Source of the DNA: a virus
UHGV virus genome: UHGV-0277504
Length of the DNA: 64,000 nucleotides
Strand: one strand, 5' to 3'
Part shown: piece by piece, positions 20,461 to 30,917 of the stretch
Layout: every line of letters starts with the position of its first letter
Numbering within the stretch: position 1 is the stretch's first letter
Notes under the pieces: model-generated
Told to the model about the DNA's origin: nothing
The model's database searches: none
What the model saw: only the letters and a program-made list of their open reading frames with translations
Made by a program: the position numbers and the translations under genes

Positions 20461-21483
20461 TTATTTAATAAAATCTTTGATTAATTCTACGTCATTTTCT
20501 GTAGCTCTTTCAGGACTAGCTGTTACGTTAGTGTAAGCTTGACGTAATTTATTTAAATGAGCATAGTTCTTATCTTTACGTGAAGCTTGCTCTTTAAATT
20601 TATCCATAAACACTTTTCGTTCTTCTTGAGTTAATCCTTCTTCTGAAGTTTCTGCTTCTTCTTGTGAGCTTTCTGTTGATTGTTCTGATTTACCTTCGGA
20701 TACTTCGTCAGCTTCTGATGTTTCAGTATCAATAGACTTATTAACAAAGCCTTCAGCTTTACCTTCGTTTTCTTGTGTAGTTGAAGTTACAGATTTTTGA
20801 GTTGTTTCTTCTTCTTGGTTTCCATCTTCTTTAGTTTCTTCAACATTTGTTGCTTCTGTTTCTTTTTTATCTAATACAGCATCTAACTTATCATTTAATT
20901 CTTTAAACTCAGATTTAGTAACAAATTGTTCTTTTTCTTGTGAAAGAGCTTCTAAAGATTTTAAAACTGTAGAGAAACCTGTAAGAATATCTTCATCAGA
21001 AATTGATTTAGAAGTTTTTTCTTTTCCTTCTTTTTTATCTTCTTTAGAGTCCTTAGAGTCTTTATCTTCTTTCTTATCTTCTTTATCCTCTTTGGAATCT
21101 TCTTTTTCTTCTGAATCTTTATCTTCTTTTTTGTTTTTACGTTTCTCGTTATCTTTATCTTCTGTCTTAGTATCTTTATGGTCTACAGGGTCTTTTGATT
21201 CTTTAGTAGACTTTTCTACTGTATCGTCTTTCTCTGGACTTACATCTTCAGTACCTTCTGATTCTAATTTCTCTCCTTCTTCTTGAGCTTCTTTAGAATC
21301 TTCTTCAGTTACCTTTTCAGGTTCTTTATTTTCTGTAGCTTGAGTTTCAGCTGTTTGTGTTTCTGTTTCTTCTACCACATTATCTTTTGTTTCTGTATCT
21401 TCTGTTTTGTCTTCTTGAGACTTAGTGATAGATTCATTAAGTTTATCATATTCTTCTAAGATATTTGATAATCCTTTAGCCAT
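20461..21483 (-). CDS. acidic low-complexity protein, putative scaffold-like protein
   Basis: 340 aa, E/D/K/T-rich disordered, between prohead protease and major capsid gene. Confidence 0.4.
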   Translation of the reverse strand: MAKGLSNILEEYDKLNESITKSQEDKTEDTETKDNVVEETETQTAETQATENKEPEKVTEEDSKEAQEEGEKLESEGTEDVSPEKDDTVEKSTKESKDPVDHKDTKTEDKDNEKRKNKKEDKDSEEKEDSKEDKEDKKEDKDSKDSKEDKKEGKEKTSKSISDEDILTGFSTVLKSLEALSQEKEQFVTKSEFKELNDKLDAVLDKKETEATNVEETKEDGNQEEETTQKSVTSTTQENEGKAEGFVNKSIDTETSEADEVSEGKSEQSTESSQEEAETSEEGLTQEERKVFMDKFKEQASRKDKNYAHLNKLRQAYTNVTASPERATENDVELIKDFIK

Positions 21484-21485
21484 TA

Positions 21486-22256
21486 TTATAAATGCTCCTT
21501 CCTAATTTGCATTACCGCTAACTCAGCGTCTTTTCTTGAAAGACCTTTAGCAAGCTGTAATGTTATAATGGATTCTTCATAACCCATTTGATTAGATTTA
21601 TTCAAATCTTCTACAATATTATTCCAAGTATCATTAAATTTTTTCAAATCTTTAATCTTAGTTACATATGTTAAGTTTGTAATACTAGATGCTAAAGATT
21701 CTCTACGTAATGCTCCTGCGTCTGTTTGCGTTTCAGGTGTAGTTCCATGTCCTGTTAAGAATGATTTAACAAAACTTTCCCATGTTGCCTCAGGGTTTGC
21801 TGGATTTTTAACTAAAGCGACACCTGTAATTGTTACTTCATCAATAACTCTGTTATCATTTACATTACGTTTTTTTACTGCACCTTCAATACTAAAACCT
21901 AACTTACGACCACTTCCAGATTTTTCTAATTTCTCTGCTAAGTCTAACATCTTAATAACATTTTCGTTATCTTTAAATAAGTTAGCTTCGATATATAATC
22001 CTTTTTCAACATCAACATAGCAATTATCTGTAGGGAAACCTACTACTTCATCTTGATTATGCTCATAGTTAACATAACCGTGCTCTTTAAAATAACTTAT
22101 GTCAATTCCTTTAGGGTTTATAATATCTGATTGTAAATCTAATGCTGGTGTACTAGCCCAGCCTGAAACTTTAGAAAATTGTTCTGTATCCTCTTTTGTG
22201 CTTACAGATTTTGATAAGTCCATAGGAACAAAAGCATTAAACTTCATTTCTTCCAA
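21486..22256 (-). CDS. prohead protease (HK97/S78 family)
   Basis: 256 aa, GWASTP…D motif; immediately after portal. Confidence 0.75.
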   Translation of the reverse strand: MEEMKFNAFVPMDLSKSVSTKEDTEQFSKVSGWASTPALDLQSDIINPKGIDISYFKEHGYVNYEHNQDEVVGFPTDNCYVDVEKGLYIEANLFKDNENVIKMLDLAEKLEKSGSGRKLGFSIEGAVKKRNVNDNRVIDEVTITGVALVKNPANPEATWESFVKSFLTGHGTTPETQTDAGALRRESLASSITNLTYVTKIKDLKKFNDTWNNIVEDLNKSNQMGYEESIITLQLAKGLSRKDAELAVMQIRKEHL

Positions 22257-22397
22257 AGGTTTTTACACCTCACTTGTCTAGTTAATTTTATTATTTTCTA
22301 TGTATAATATAACACTTTAAGTTTAATATAATAAAAATAACTAACTAATATGTATATTATACCACATATTAGTTAGTTTACAAAATTAATTTAATAA

Positions 22398-24128
22398 TTA
22401 TTTTTTAAAATCTTCAGGTTTTTCGTTATTAGGATTTTTACTTGTTGTCATACCTTGTTGATTTGTATTTGTTTGATTTTTAACTTGTCCGTCTTTACCT
22501 ACTTCATTACTTTCTTGTTCTGTATCTTGCTCATTTGTTGTTTCTGTATTTTGGTCTTCTCCTTCTGAGCTTAATACATTTTGCATCATTTCTAATTTTT
22601 CTTTTCTTTGTGCATCTTCATATTGATTTTGTTGGTATATTTGTCCTACTCTTTGTACATATACACCGTTAAGTATAGTGTCTCCGCCTTCGATTGGTGG
22701 TTCACCTAATTCTTTTCTTACTTCATTAACAGTTAAAGCTACTTCTGCTTTAGCTTTAAGTATTTCTATTTTATCTTTTTCAGATTTAGAATCTCCACCA
22801 ACAAATTGGAATGTATATTTATCTCCATACTCAGATACAATATGTCTATTTATTAAGTCTTCTATAAATCTTAATAAAGGTTGTAATCCTTTATTTTGAG
22901 AAGCTTGGTGTTTTTTAGACGGGTCTGCTTCGTTTAATGTATTTCCACCTTTAGAACTTGTAGCTCCTCCTCTGTTAGGGAAGTTAATTTCAGCGGGGTC
23001 AATTCCATACAGACTTGAAATAATATTAATAAGATAGTTTAACCATTTCTCAAATTGCATATCATTTGCTGTAGGTGTCATATTTACAAAGTTAACGTCA
23101 TCAGCCATCATTACAGGCACTTGCCAACTTCCATTAATACCAGAGAAACTAGATTTCCATTCTCTTTTAAAATTTTCTAATGCATGTTGAGATTGTTGTT
23201 GGTCTGCTTTTATTTGTAATATACCTCTAGTTGTTCCTCCATGACTAAAGAATCTGTCATTAAAGTTTTCAGTATTATTATAAGCTATAAATTCTTTCAT
23301 AGCTATCTCTACTTCAGAAAGTCCATATCCAGAAGCATTAATATCTGTTCTAGGGTTTCTTATACCCATAGCAAGTTCTCTAGAAGTAAAATAAGCTACA
23401 ACTTTTTTATCTATAACTTGTACAAATCTTTTACCACCTTTTATAATTTTACCCTTCTTATCAGTAGCATAGAATATTGTACTAGGGTCAACAGCTATGA
23501 ACTTATCTAACTTAGTACCATTCTTTTTATTAAATACTTTTTCAAAATTAACTTGGTCGTATAAATAAGTATCTCTAACTATTTTCCTACAGAAAGTTTG
23601 AAAAGAATCTCTATCTACATCCTTATCTCTTCCTGTATTTAATATAAATTCTTCAATTCTTTTAATTTCTTCTTTTTCTTTTTTACCAGGTTCTGCTTCT
23701 AAATCACGCATACGTACTTCAAAACCTAATCCTCTTTCAGAATATCTAGAAGGTTGACAATACATAGCTACCTGATTTGCTCTAGTAAGTATAATTGCAT
23801 TTAGTATAGGATTATTACCAAACTTTTTAAGAACATCATGTAAATTATGCTCATTCTTTGTATAACTTCTTTTATCTCTAAACTCTGGATTAGTATCCAT
23901 TAAAGACAAAAAAGGTTCTGCATATGCCTGCTGATTACCATATAGAGATTTTGATATGCTCTTATTTAAATTAACATTATCTTGTTCTATTTTTTTTATA
24001 TTAGCTTGTAAATCATTATCTATAGGTACCGCTCCATAACTATCGGTATAGTCTTTACCTAGTCTTAAACTCTTAAATAAATCTGCCAAGTTATTTGTCA
24101 CCACCATTTCTAACCACTGATAATACAA
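22398..24128 (-). CDS. portal protein
   Basis: 576 aa, acidic C-terminal tail; position between terminase and protease. Confidence 0.8.
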   Translation of the reverse strand: MYYQWLEMVVTNNLADLFKSLRLGKDYTDSYGAVPIDNDLQANIKKIEQDNVNLNKSISKSLYGNQQAYAEPFLSLMDTNPEFRDKRSYTKNEHNLHDVLKKFGNNPILNAIILTRANQVAMYCQPSRYSERGLGFEVRMRDLEAEPGKKEKEEIKRIEEFILNTGRDKDVDRDSFQTFCRKIVRDTYLYDQVNFEKVFNKKNGTKLDKFIAVDPSTIFYATDKKGKIIKGGKRFVQVIDKKVVAYFTSRELAMGIRNPRTDINASGYGLSEVEIAMKEFIAYNNTENFNDRFFSHGGTTRGILQIKADQQQSQHALENFKREWKSSFSGINGSWQVPVMMADDVNFVNMTPTANDMQFEKWLNYLINIISSLYGIDPAEINFPNRGGATSSKGGNTLNEADPSKKHQASQNKGLQPLLRFIEDLINRHIVSEYGDKYTFQFVGGDSKSEKDKIEILKAKAEVALTVNEVRKELGEPPIEGGDTILNGVYVQRVGQIYQQNQYEDAQRKEKLEMMQNVLSSEGEDQNTETTNEQDTEQESNEVGKDGQVKNQTNTNQQGMTTSKNPNNEKPEDFKK

Positions 24129-24462
24129 TTGTATTATTAAATGTTAATTCACTTATATTTTTAGGTAAATTAATTTTATATTCAAATGGTTCTTCTATAT
24201 AATAAAACATTTTTTTACTTTCTGTTACTAAATCATAATCCTCTAATAATATGTTGTTGTCTTTGTCTAATAAAATAACTCTATTATCTTTTGTAGCTTC
24301 TAATATCATATACTTTTGTTTATCTATAGCAATAAATACAGCAACATGTCTTCCACCAATTTGTCTGTAATAATCAACTATTTCTATCCAATTATCTTGC
24401 ATACCTTGTTGTTTAATAAATTCTTTAGCTTCATCCCATTTACTATCTTTTGAATATATCAC
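24091..24462 (-). CDS. hypothetical protein
   Basis: 123 aa. Confidence 0.45.
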   Translation of the reverse strand: MIYSKDSKWDEAKEFIKQQGMQDNWIEIVDYYRQIGGRHVAVFIAIDKQKYMILEATKDNRVILLDKDNNILLEDYDLVTESKKMFYYIEEPFEYKINLPKNISELTFNNTIVLSVVRNGGDK

Positions 24463-24829
24463 TATTATCTTCTTCCTTTTTCGTTGCTTTTATATTTCTC
24501 TCTTTAACGTACTTTTCCATTTTATACCATACAAAACCAATAATAGTACCTATCGTTCCTGTTCCTACGATAACAAATGGATTATAAAAGCCATTATATT
24601 TTTCTGTATTTTCTATAGTATTTATAACGTCTATTTTAATAATATCAGATGTTTTTTGAAACATTGAAACTAAAAAATAAAATGATACTAATAGTATAAC
24701 ATAATTAATTAATTTTACAAAAAAGGATTTATTTTTTTTAGCACAAGAATATATAAGTATATATAATACACTCAAACTAAGGACAATAACTGATAGAGAA
24801 GTTATTAAATTAAAATCTATACTGAGCAT
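24443..24829 (-). CDS. membrane protein
   Basis: 128 aa, 3 hydrophobic segments. Confidence 0.45.
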   Translation of the reverse strand: MLSIDFNLITSLSVIVLSLSVLYILIYSCAKKNKSFFVKLINYVILLVSFYFLVSMFQKTSDIIKIDVINTIENTEKYNGFYNPFVIVGTGTIGTIIGFVWYKMEKYVKERNIKATKKEEDNSDIFKR

Positions 24830-24905
24830 ATACCCACCTCAAATATGTTATTATACTATATATAATATAACATGCAAAAAAAGGGTAGTATATCTACCCT
24901 TTAAA

Positions 24906-25397
24906 TTACTTATTATCTTCCATTAATTTCTCTTTTTCTTTTTTTAATTTTAACTCTTCTTCCTCTTTAATTCGTTGCTTTTCTTCGTAATTTTCTCTTA
25001 ACATAAAGTTTAATCCTAATTGAACTTCATTTCCAGATAGTACATTACTCATATAAAAGTCTTCAATTACAATGTCACCTAAAGGAAGTGCTTTACCTTT
25101 TTTAACATCTTCTTTAATTTTCTCTGTATACTCATCTAAATTAAGACGTTTATTAAATGCAATCTCAAACATTTTATTATGATACTCACCTGTAAGCTCA
25201 TCATTTAATCTTGTTTGGAATAATAACATATGTGAATCAAGTTTATTTGGTGGGTCTTGTCTAAACAAGTTTAAAGTCTCATACAGGGTAGCCATAAGTT
25301 TACAAGCTAAATCACTAAACTCCTGTAATGCTTTTTCTTTTTCTTCACCCCTAATAGGTGTAATAGATTCTTCTAATGTTAATGTATTTTTTTCCAT
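24906..25397 (-). CDS. hypothetical protein
   Basis: 163 aa. Confidence 0.5.
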   Translation of the reverse strand: MEKNTLTLEESITPIRGEEKEKALQEFSDLACKLMATLYETLNLFRQDPPNKLDSHMLLFQTRLNDELTGEYHNKMFEIAFNKRLNLDEYTEKIKEDVKKGKALPLGDIVIEDFYMSNVLSGNEVQLGLNFMLRENYEEKQRIKEEEELKLKKEKEKLMEDNK

Positions 25398-25558
25398 AAT
25401 AAATCTCCTTTTAATTTAATAAATCTTTTATATCTTTTTCTATTGATTTTAGTTCTCTTGCAATATTAATTTCATAAATTTTACTTTTTTCTCTTTTATA
25501 ATAAAACCTAATATCAATTAAAATAAATAGTATAAGTAAAACAGTATAGACAATAAAA

Positions 25559-26362
25559 TTAAACAAAAACATCATTATCACCTACAAAATTTTGAACTTC
25601 TTTTTTAGTCATTAAATATCTATCTTTAACTTTTTTAAAACCTAGATAATCTATATAATTAATAGCTTCTTTTAATTGTATATCATATATAGATATTGCC
25701 ATTTCATTATCTATACCTAGTTTTATAAGTTCAAATATAGAACGTAATCCTACTCCGCTAGATTCTGGTGAACTAATATATGATTCTAATTTTATTTCTT
25801 TGTCATATAAATTATATTCTGCTATACCTATAACATCCTCACCGTTATTGAATACTTTATAAATAGAAGATGTTTCTTTTAAATGAGATGTATTTACACC
25901 TTTATTTTTAAGTATAGACAAAGATGTAGCTAATCTTTCTGGATTTACTTTTTCATTTATACCACCATTATCTTCAACTGAAGAACCTATAGCTGAGTTA
26001 TTATTAGTTTCAGGTTGTTTATCTTGTTGCTCTTTATCTTTTGAATTTCCGTCTTCGTAAATAGTCATTTCTACTTCTTTGCCGTTTCTAATTACTTTAC
26101 GTTTAACTTTATTCAAATTAGATAAATCTTTATCTCCGCCTTTGGTTATTTTTTCAGTATTTGATTTACAAAACAATACCATATCATAAAAGCTATTAAA
26201 ACCATTTGGTTTGTATAAATGTTTATATTTTTTGTTTAATGTTTCTTCGTTATTAATAACTTCATCAAAACTAAAATATTTACCTGTAAGAAAGTATAGA
26301 TTATTTTCATCCATACTTTCATTATCTTTTTTCATTATATCATAAATAAACTCATTTGTCAA
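25559..26362 (-). CDS. hypothetical protein
   Basis: 267 aa. Confidence 0.5.
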   Translation of the reverse strand: MTNEFIYDIMKKDNESMDENNLYFLTGKYFSFDEVINNEETLNKKYKHLYKPNGFNSFYDMVLFCKSNTEKITKGGDKDLSNLNKVKRKVIRNGKEVEMTIYEDGNSKDKEQQDKQPETNNNSAIGSSVEDNGGINEKVNPERLATSLSILKNKGVNTSHLKETSSIYKVFNNGEDVIGIAEYNLYDKEIKLESYISSPESSGVGLRSIFELIKLGIDNEMAISIYDIQLKEAINYIDYLGFKKVKDRYLMTKKEVQNFVGDNDVFV

Positions 26363-26375
26363 ATTAAATCACTAC

Positions 26376-27146
26376 CTAATCTATATAATAGTTTGTATTA
26401 CTATTTCCTGAATTATAATTAGTAGTAACAAAAGTAGAATTAAACGCTGTACCATTTCCTTGTTGTATTAACTGTTGTATTCGTGTTAATCCGATATTTG
26501 CATATACACTTGCCTGTGCCCAGTGGTCGTCACCTTTACGTTTAATTACTTGATACATTTCTTCTTTTTTCTCGTCTTCCTCATCCATAATTAAAACATT
26601 TTGCCAATGTTTTAAATATGTTCTAAGGTCATCATCTACTTCTTGATACATACGTATATTTTTTGTTTTTAGTCCTTGGATATAAATCTTATTTTGCATA
26701 AGCTTATCAACAGTTACCGTATTATCTTTTTCATTAAATTTAGGTCGTAACTGTCCTGTAGAACGTGGACTGGAATTGTAAGTACATCCAAAAACTTTAT
26801 CTTCTCCAAAATGGTTTATAAGTTTTAGGACATTATTACCACTATCCCCATTATCTGCTATGATAATGTCTGGTTCATATTTAGAAATTTCCCATATAAT
26901 TGTTTCTAAATCAGCTTCAACCATATTAGGTCTTGTATTTTTCTTAACAGAAAATAATCTTATTAAGTCTTTTTTACCATCAGGCAATACACCATGGACT
27001 GTAACCCAGTGGTGATTTCCCCAATCAATTCCTACAGAAATATAAGAATAATTACCTCTGTTAAACATTTGTTTTTTAGCAACAGGTGATTTATTTTCAA
27101 ATACATCTTCTTCAAGAACACGCATTTTAACATCTTCATATGGCAT
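26376..27146 (-). CDS. terL: terminase large subunit, exon 4 (C-terminal nuclease domain)
   Basis: …ISVGIDWGNHHW…IIADNGDSGNN… RNase-H-like terminase nuclease motifs. Begins at ATG 27146 directly after omega-G 27147 of the upstream intron, in frame with exon 3. Confidence 0.8.
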   Translation of the reverse strand: MPYEDVKMRVLEEDVFENKSPVAKKQMFNRGNYSYISVGIDWGNHHWVTVHGVLPDGKKDLIRLFSVKKNTRPNMVEADLETIIWEISKYEPDIIIADNGDSGNNVLKLINHFGEDKVFGCTYNSSPRSTGQLRPKFNEKDNTVTVDKLMQNKIYIQGLKTKNIRMYQEVDDDLRTYLKHWQNVLIMDEEDEKKEEMYQVIKRKGDDHWAQASVYANIGLTRIQQLIQQGNGTAFNSTFVTTNYNSGNSNTNYYID

Positions 27147-28444
27147 CAATTACTACCGTTACTTTCGTAATACTTTAACATTCATTTAAGAATCGGTTTA
27201 GACTATATCATAACCCTTATTTTTGGTTAAGGGTTCCTTGCTTTACACTAATAACTTTTCATTTAAATAATCTTCAATATCTTTATATTTTCTTTTACTA
27301 TAATCTACTTCAAGAAGTAAGTAACCGTTATATTCTGCATAACTTTTCTTTAGCTCATCTCTTAATTTTTGGTTTTTAAATGCCTTCTCTCCACCAAAAG
27401 ATTTTACTGGTTGATAATGTTGTATTCCTTGATACTCTATTAATATATCATACTCAGGTAAATAAAAGTCATAAGATAGTGGCTTATTGTAGATTAAATC
27501 ATCAAACTTTTTCTGTGTTTCATATTTAATATTATTATTAATTAAATATTCTTCTACAAACTTTTCTCCAATAGGCATTTTACATTTAGGACACATATCT
27601 CTCTCCATAAGATGAGAAGCTCTTATTTCCCATGTTAAACCACATTTATGTCTAACTAAAACTTTAGATTTAGAATTAGTATACTCTGATAACACTTCAT
27701 AATCATTACCGTATTTTTTCTTAACTTCATCTAAAAACTGTTGATGAGTTCTTCTTTGTTTTAAGTTATGGTTTTTTATTCTACAATGAAAACATCTACT
27801 GTTCTTTGATAGAAACTCATTAGGTTTAACTTCCCATTCTTTTCCACATACATTATGAATTAATTTTACTTTATTAGTGGCTCCTGTATAATCACCAATT
27901 AAAGTATATTCATCACCTACTAAATCATGGAGTTCTTTTTTAAATTGTTTTGTAGTTTTAGATTTCCTACCTTTTCTTTTATCATTACAAGCAGGACATC
28001 TGTTACCATCTAAAAAAGATTTAGGCTTTATTAAGTATTCATGATTTCCACAAGTCTCAGAATTATGTCTCATAAGTATTTTTGTTTTATTATTTACATA
28101 TTCTCCTAAAACTTCATATTCATTTGATACCTTATCATATACTCTTTTCTTAAATTCTTCTGTAGTTATCTTCCTTGTCATTTTTAACCCCCCTTCTTTA
28201 TACATTTTTTTATTAAAAGTTATTAGTTTTTATCTAGTTCTCACTATATCCATTTATATAGTTACCTAGAAATTTAGTCGTTCGGCATTTACTATAATCT
28301 AATTATACCATACATTGTTATTCTGTCAATAATTAAATTATAGATTTAGCACAGGATTGCTTTATGCTTTTTCTAGCACTTAAGGTTTCCCTGTTTAACA
28401 AGGTTATTCGATATATATTACTATATAAAGGGGCTATGCCATTA
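27147..28444 (-). ncRNA. group I intron 3 in terL (contains endonuclease ORF)
   Basis: P1 GGGU|UAAUGGCAUAGCCC (U.G at splice site; exon ends …YSLG, stop UAA is the first 3 nt of the intron). P2-like UUAUAUAGUAAUAUAUAUCGAAUAAC. P7 5' AACGACUAAA before the ORF. S-element AUGAUAUAGUCUAAACC plus 3' module after the ORF. Confidence 0.75.
27243..28181 (-). CDS. intron-encoded homing endonuclease-like protein (Cys4 zinc-ribbon repeats + DUF559/Vsr-like nuclease motif)
   Basis: Start MTRKITTEEF after AAGGGGGG SD; three CxxC…CxxC ribbons; C-terminal YDFYLPEYDILIEYQGIQH; paralog of 29214..30155. Confidence 0.7.
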   Translation of the reverse strand: MTRKITTEEFKKRVYDKVSNEYEVLGEYVNNKTKILMRHNSETCGNHEYLIKPKSFLDGNRCPACNDKRKGRKSKTTKQFKKELHDLVGDEYTLIGDYTGATNKVKLIHNVCGKEWEVKPNEFLSKNSRCFHCRIKNHNLKQRRTHQQFLDEVKKKYGNDYEVLSEYTNSKSKVLVRHKCGLTWEIRASHLMERDMCPKCKMPIGEKFVEEYLINNNIKYETQKKFDDLIYNKPLSYDFYLPEYDILIEYQGIQHYQPVKSFGGEKAFKNQKLRDELKKSYAEYNGYLLLEVDYSKRKYKDIEDYLNEKLLV

Positions 28445-29170
28445 ACCCAACGAATAGTTATAAAATGCTTGCTTAGAATCTGTGTTCATTTCTTTTTCTA
28501 CTAATTGGTCTGCTGAAATCCATACAGCGTTCATTTGAGATATATAATATCCTCTAATACCTGAATTATTTTTTGTTCGTTCAGGATAACGACATTCCCA
28601 CACACCATTATACCATCTATCTAAAGGTTTACCACATTTTTGACATACATATTGGTATGTTCCATCTTGTACCGTTTTTGCTTGTTCATCAATACCTTCA
28701 GGATTAACCAATAATAAATTACCGCTTTGTTCTAAATTATTCTCATCATAGGGAGCATATTTCATCTCGTTATGGTAATCACAATGTTGGCAAACATGTG
28801 CATAGTACCATTGGTCTGATTGTTGATATAATTTATGAATACCTACACCTGGAGCTGAAGGTGTTGAGAATCTTCTAACAATGTGTAATGGTGAACTTGA
28901 CATAGATTCAAGTGCTGATGATTCAGCAAGTGAGTTAACACGTTCATATTCATCCATAGCTAAAAAGTCAATATCCACACCCTCAACTGAACCTGGTTTA
29001 CTACTCGTTCTAAAGAATAGACTAGAGTTTCTTATTTGTTTATACCCTAAAGAATCTTTATCCCAATTTACTATATCTTTAAAATATGATTTTTCTAAAA
29101 CAGGATTAAGCCTTGACTGAACAAATTTCTTAAGTTGCTCTTGTGTCGATTCTACCGCTATTTTCATAGT
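28445..29170 (-). CDS. terL: terminase large subunit, exon 3 (ATPase Walker B/motif III region)
   Basis: VDIDFLAMDEYE (Walker B-like), RRFSTPS; 5' end lies 0-15 nt upstream of ATG 29167 (in-frame stop 6 codons upstream sits inside the intron S-element/P9). Confidence 0.7.
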
Positions 29171-30428
29171 ATTTAAAACGGACTAGACTATATCTTAACT
29201 CAACATTTAGGTGTTAAGTTCTCTGCTTTACTTCTAAAACTAACTTTAATATATCTTTCTCTATACTCATTTCATTTTGTGTATAAGGTATTCTAATAAG
29301 TCTGATATTGTTATCTTGTGCATACTTATTTTTTATGCCATCCCTTATTTGTATTTCTCTTAGATAATCTTCTCCTCCAAAAAAATCCACTACTTTAGTA
29401 TGTTGTAATCCATCAAATTCAATAAGAGTATTTATAGAAGGAATATAAAAATCAAAAGGTAATTCTCTTTTATATCTACATTCTTTAAATCTTTTTTCTC
29501 TTTCAAATTCTACATTGTGTTTATTAAGTAAATCTTGTATTAACAACTCTCCTTTTGATGATTTACAATAAGGACACCCTGATAAGCGTATCACTTGATT
29601 AGGTTCAGATTTAAACGTATTTGAACATTCTGTACATCTAAAAGTAGTTTTTGTATGTGTATTTACATACTCTCCTTCTAATAAGATACGAGTTCCATGC
29701 TTATCTTTTAAATCTTTAAGTAACTTATTAATATCTTTTTTCTGTTTATCATGATTATACTCATTTACACATTTAGGACATAAAAACTTTTTATGTTGTC
29801 TTAATGCATTTGTAGGACTTACTAAAAAAGTATGGTTATGTTTTAAACATCTATGTTTAATTTTTACATCATGGGTTTTATAAATACCTTCTATTACTAT
29901 ATTTCCTTTATATTTGTTTTCTAATTCTTTACTATATTTTTCATAACTCTTAACCCTTTTTAGTTCTCTACAATGTTTACATCTGTTACCGTTCATAAAA
30001 TTGTTTGCTTTTACTTCCCATTCTTTACCACACTTATTATGTCTAAGTAAAACTTTATTTTTACTTAAAGTATACGTACCTATGACAGTATACTCATCTC
30101 CTACTAAATTATAAACATCTTTAACAAATTCTTCATGCGTTTTTTTCTTAGTCATTATATACTACCCTCCTTATACCTTATAATTTAATCTAGTTTTATT
30201 AAAGTTAGTTAGTTTTCTTATCTAGTTCTCACCTACACCTTTTTGTAAGTTACCTAGAAATTTAGTCGTTAGGCATTTACCTTAATTTAATTATATCATA
30301 CATTATTATTTTGTCAATAATTAAATTAAAGATTTAGCACGGTATCGGCTCTATCCGTTAGGACTTAGCTTCTCTTACCAGGTTATTCATTATTCCCCTG
30401 TGACCGTTTAACAGAGTTTTAATTCCCC
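29171..30428 (-). ncRNA. group I intron 2 in terL (contains endonuclease ORF)
   Basis: 5' core 30420-30180 homologous to introns 1 and 3 (CUCUGUUAAACGG…GUGCUAAAUCU…AACGACUAAAUUUC). S-element AAGAUAUAGUCUAG at ~29190 overlaps the ORF 3' end. Upstream exon ends U|UAA. Confidence 0.65.
29214..30155 (-). CDS. intron-encoded homing endonuclease-like protein (Cys4 zinc-ribbon repeats + DUF559/Vsr-like nuclease motif)
   Basis: 313 aa; MTKKKTHEEFVKDVYNLVGDEY parallels 27243 paralog; C-terminal FDFYIPSINTLIEFDGLQH; AAGGAGGG SD. Confidence 0.7.
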   Translation of the reverse strand: MTKKKTHEEFVKDVYNLVGDEYTVIGTYTLSKNKVLLRHNKCGKEWEVKANNFMNGNRCKHCRELKRVKSYEKYSKELENKYKGNIVIEGIYKTHDVKIKHRCLKHNHTFLVSPTNALRQHKKFLCPKCVNEYNHDKQKKDINKLLKDLKDKHGTRILLEGEYVNTHTKTTFRCTECSNTFKSEPNQVIRLSGCPYCKSSKGELLIQDLLNKHNVEFEREKRFKECRYKRELPFDFYIPSINTLIEFDGLQHTKVVDFFGGEDYLREIQIRDGIKNKYAQDNNIRLIRIPYTQNEMSIEKDILKLVLEVKQRT

Positions 30429-30569
30429 AAAGATTTAGGGAATGTGTAAAGACATTTTACATTTTTAAAACTATACATATCTGCAAAATGTACCATTTCC
30501 ATTACAGACATTTCACTTAATCCTAGCTGACGTGACTTAATTACTGCTTTATTAGGATGAGTATCATTT
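30429..30569 (-). CDS. terL: terminase large subunit, exon 2 (mini-exon with deviant Walker A KSRQLGLS)
   Basis: ~47 codons NDTHPNKAVIKSRQLGLSEMSVMEMVHFADMY… with stops flanking. Joins exon 1 (ending …AAA AUC GU) in frame via the first A after omega-G 30570. KSRQxGxS matches the deviant terminase Walker A of the lambda gpA KSARVGYS type. 3' boundary is ±10 nt. Confidence 0.6.
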
Positions 30570-30917
30570 CAATTACTACCGTTACTTTCGTAATACTTTA
30601 ACATTCATTTAAGAATCGGTTTAGACTATATCACAACCCTTATTTTTGGTTAAGGGTTCTCTGCTTTACGGAATATTATTCCTCTTATCTATTAAAATAG
30701 AAATTTAGTCGTTAGGCTTTTACTATAATCAAATTATATCATATATTATTATTTTGTCAATAATTAAATTATAGATTTAGCACGGTTGGTTCCCACTGTC
30801 TGTGTATAGTCAGATTTAGGGTTTCTTACCAGTATATTGGTTTTCTATACATTATTTTACTATGCCCGTTTAACAGAGTTATTCAATACATATTACTACA
30901 TAAGGTCGCAAATAATT
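30570..30917 (-). ncRNA. group I intron 1 in terL (no ORF)
   Basis: ~345 nt; P1 UCGU/GCGA with U.G; P2-like UUAUGUAGUAAUAUGUAUUGAAUAAC; core and 100-nt 3' module near-identical to intron 3. Confidence 0.7.

Noticed and set aside
16049-23510. Other shadow ORFs (16049..16357+, 18337..18540+, 21092..21286+, 22099..22281+, 22678..22899+, 23241..23510+)
   Set aside because: They are antisense to capsid-module genes, with no start context.
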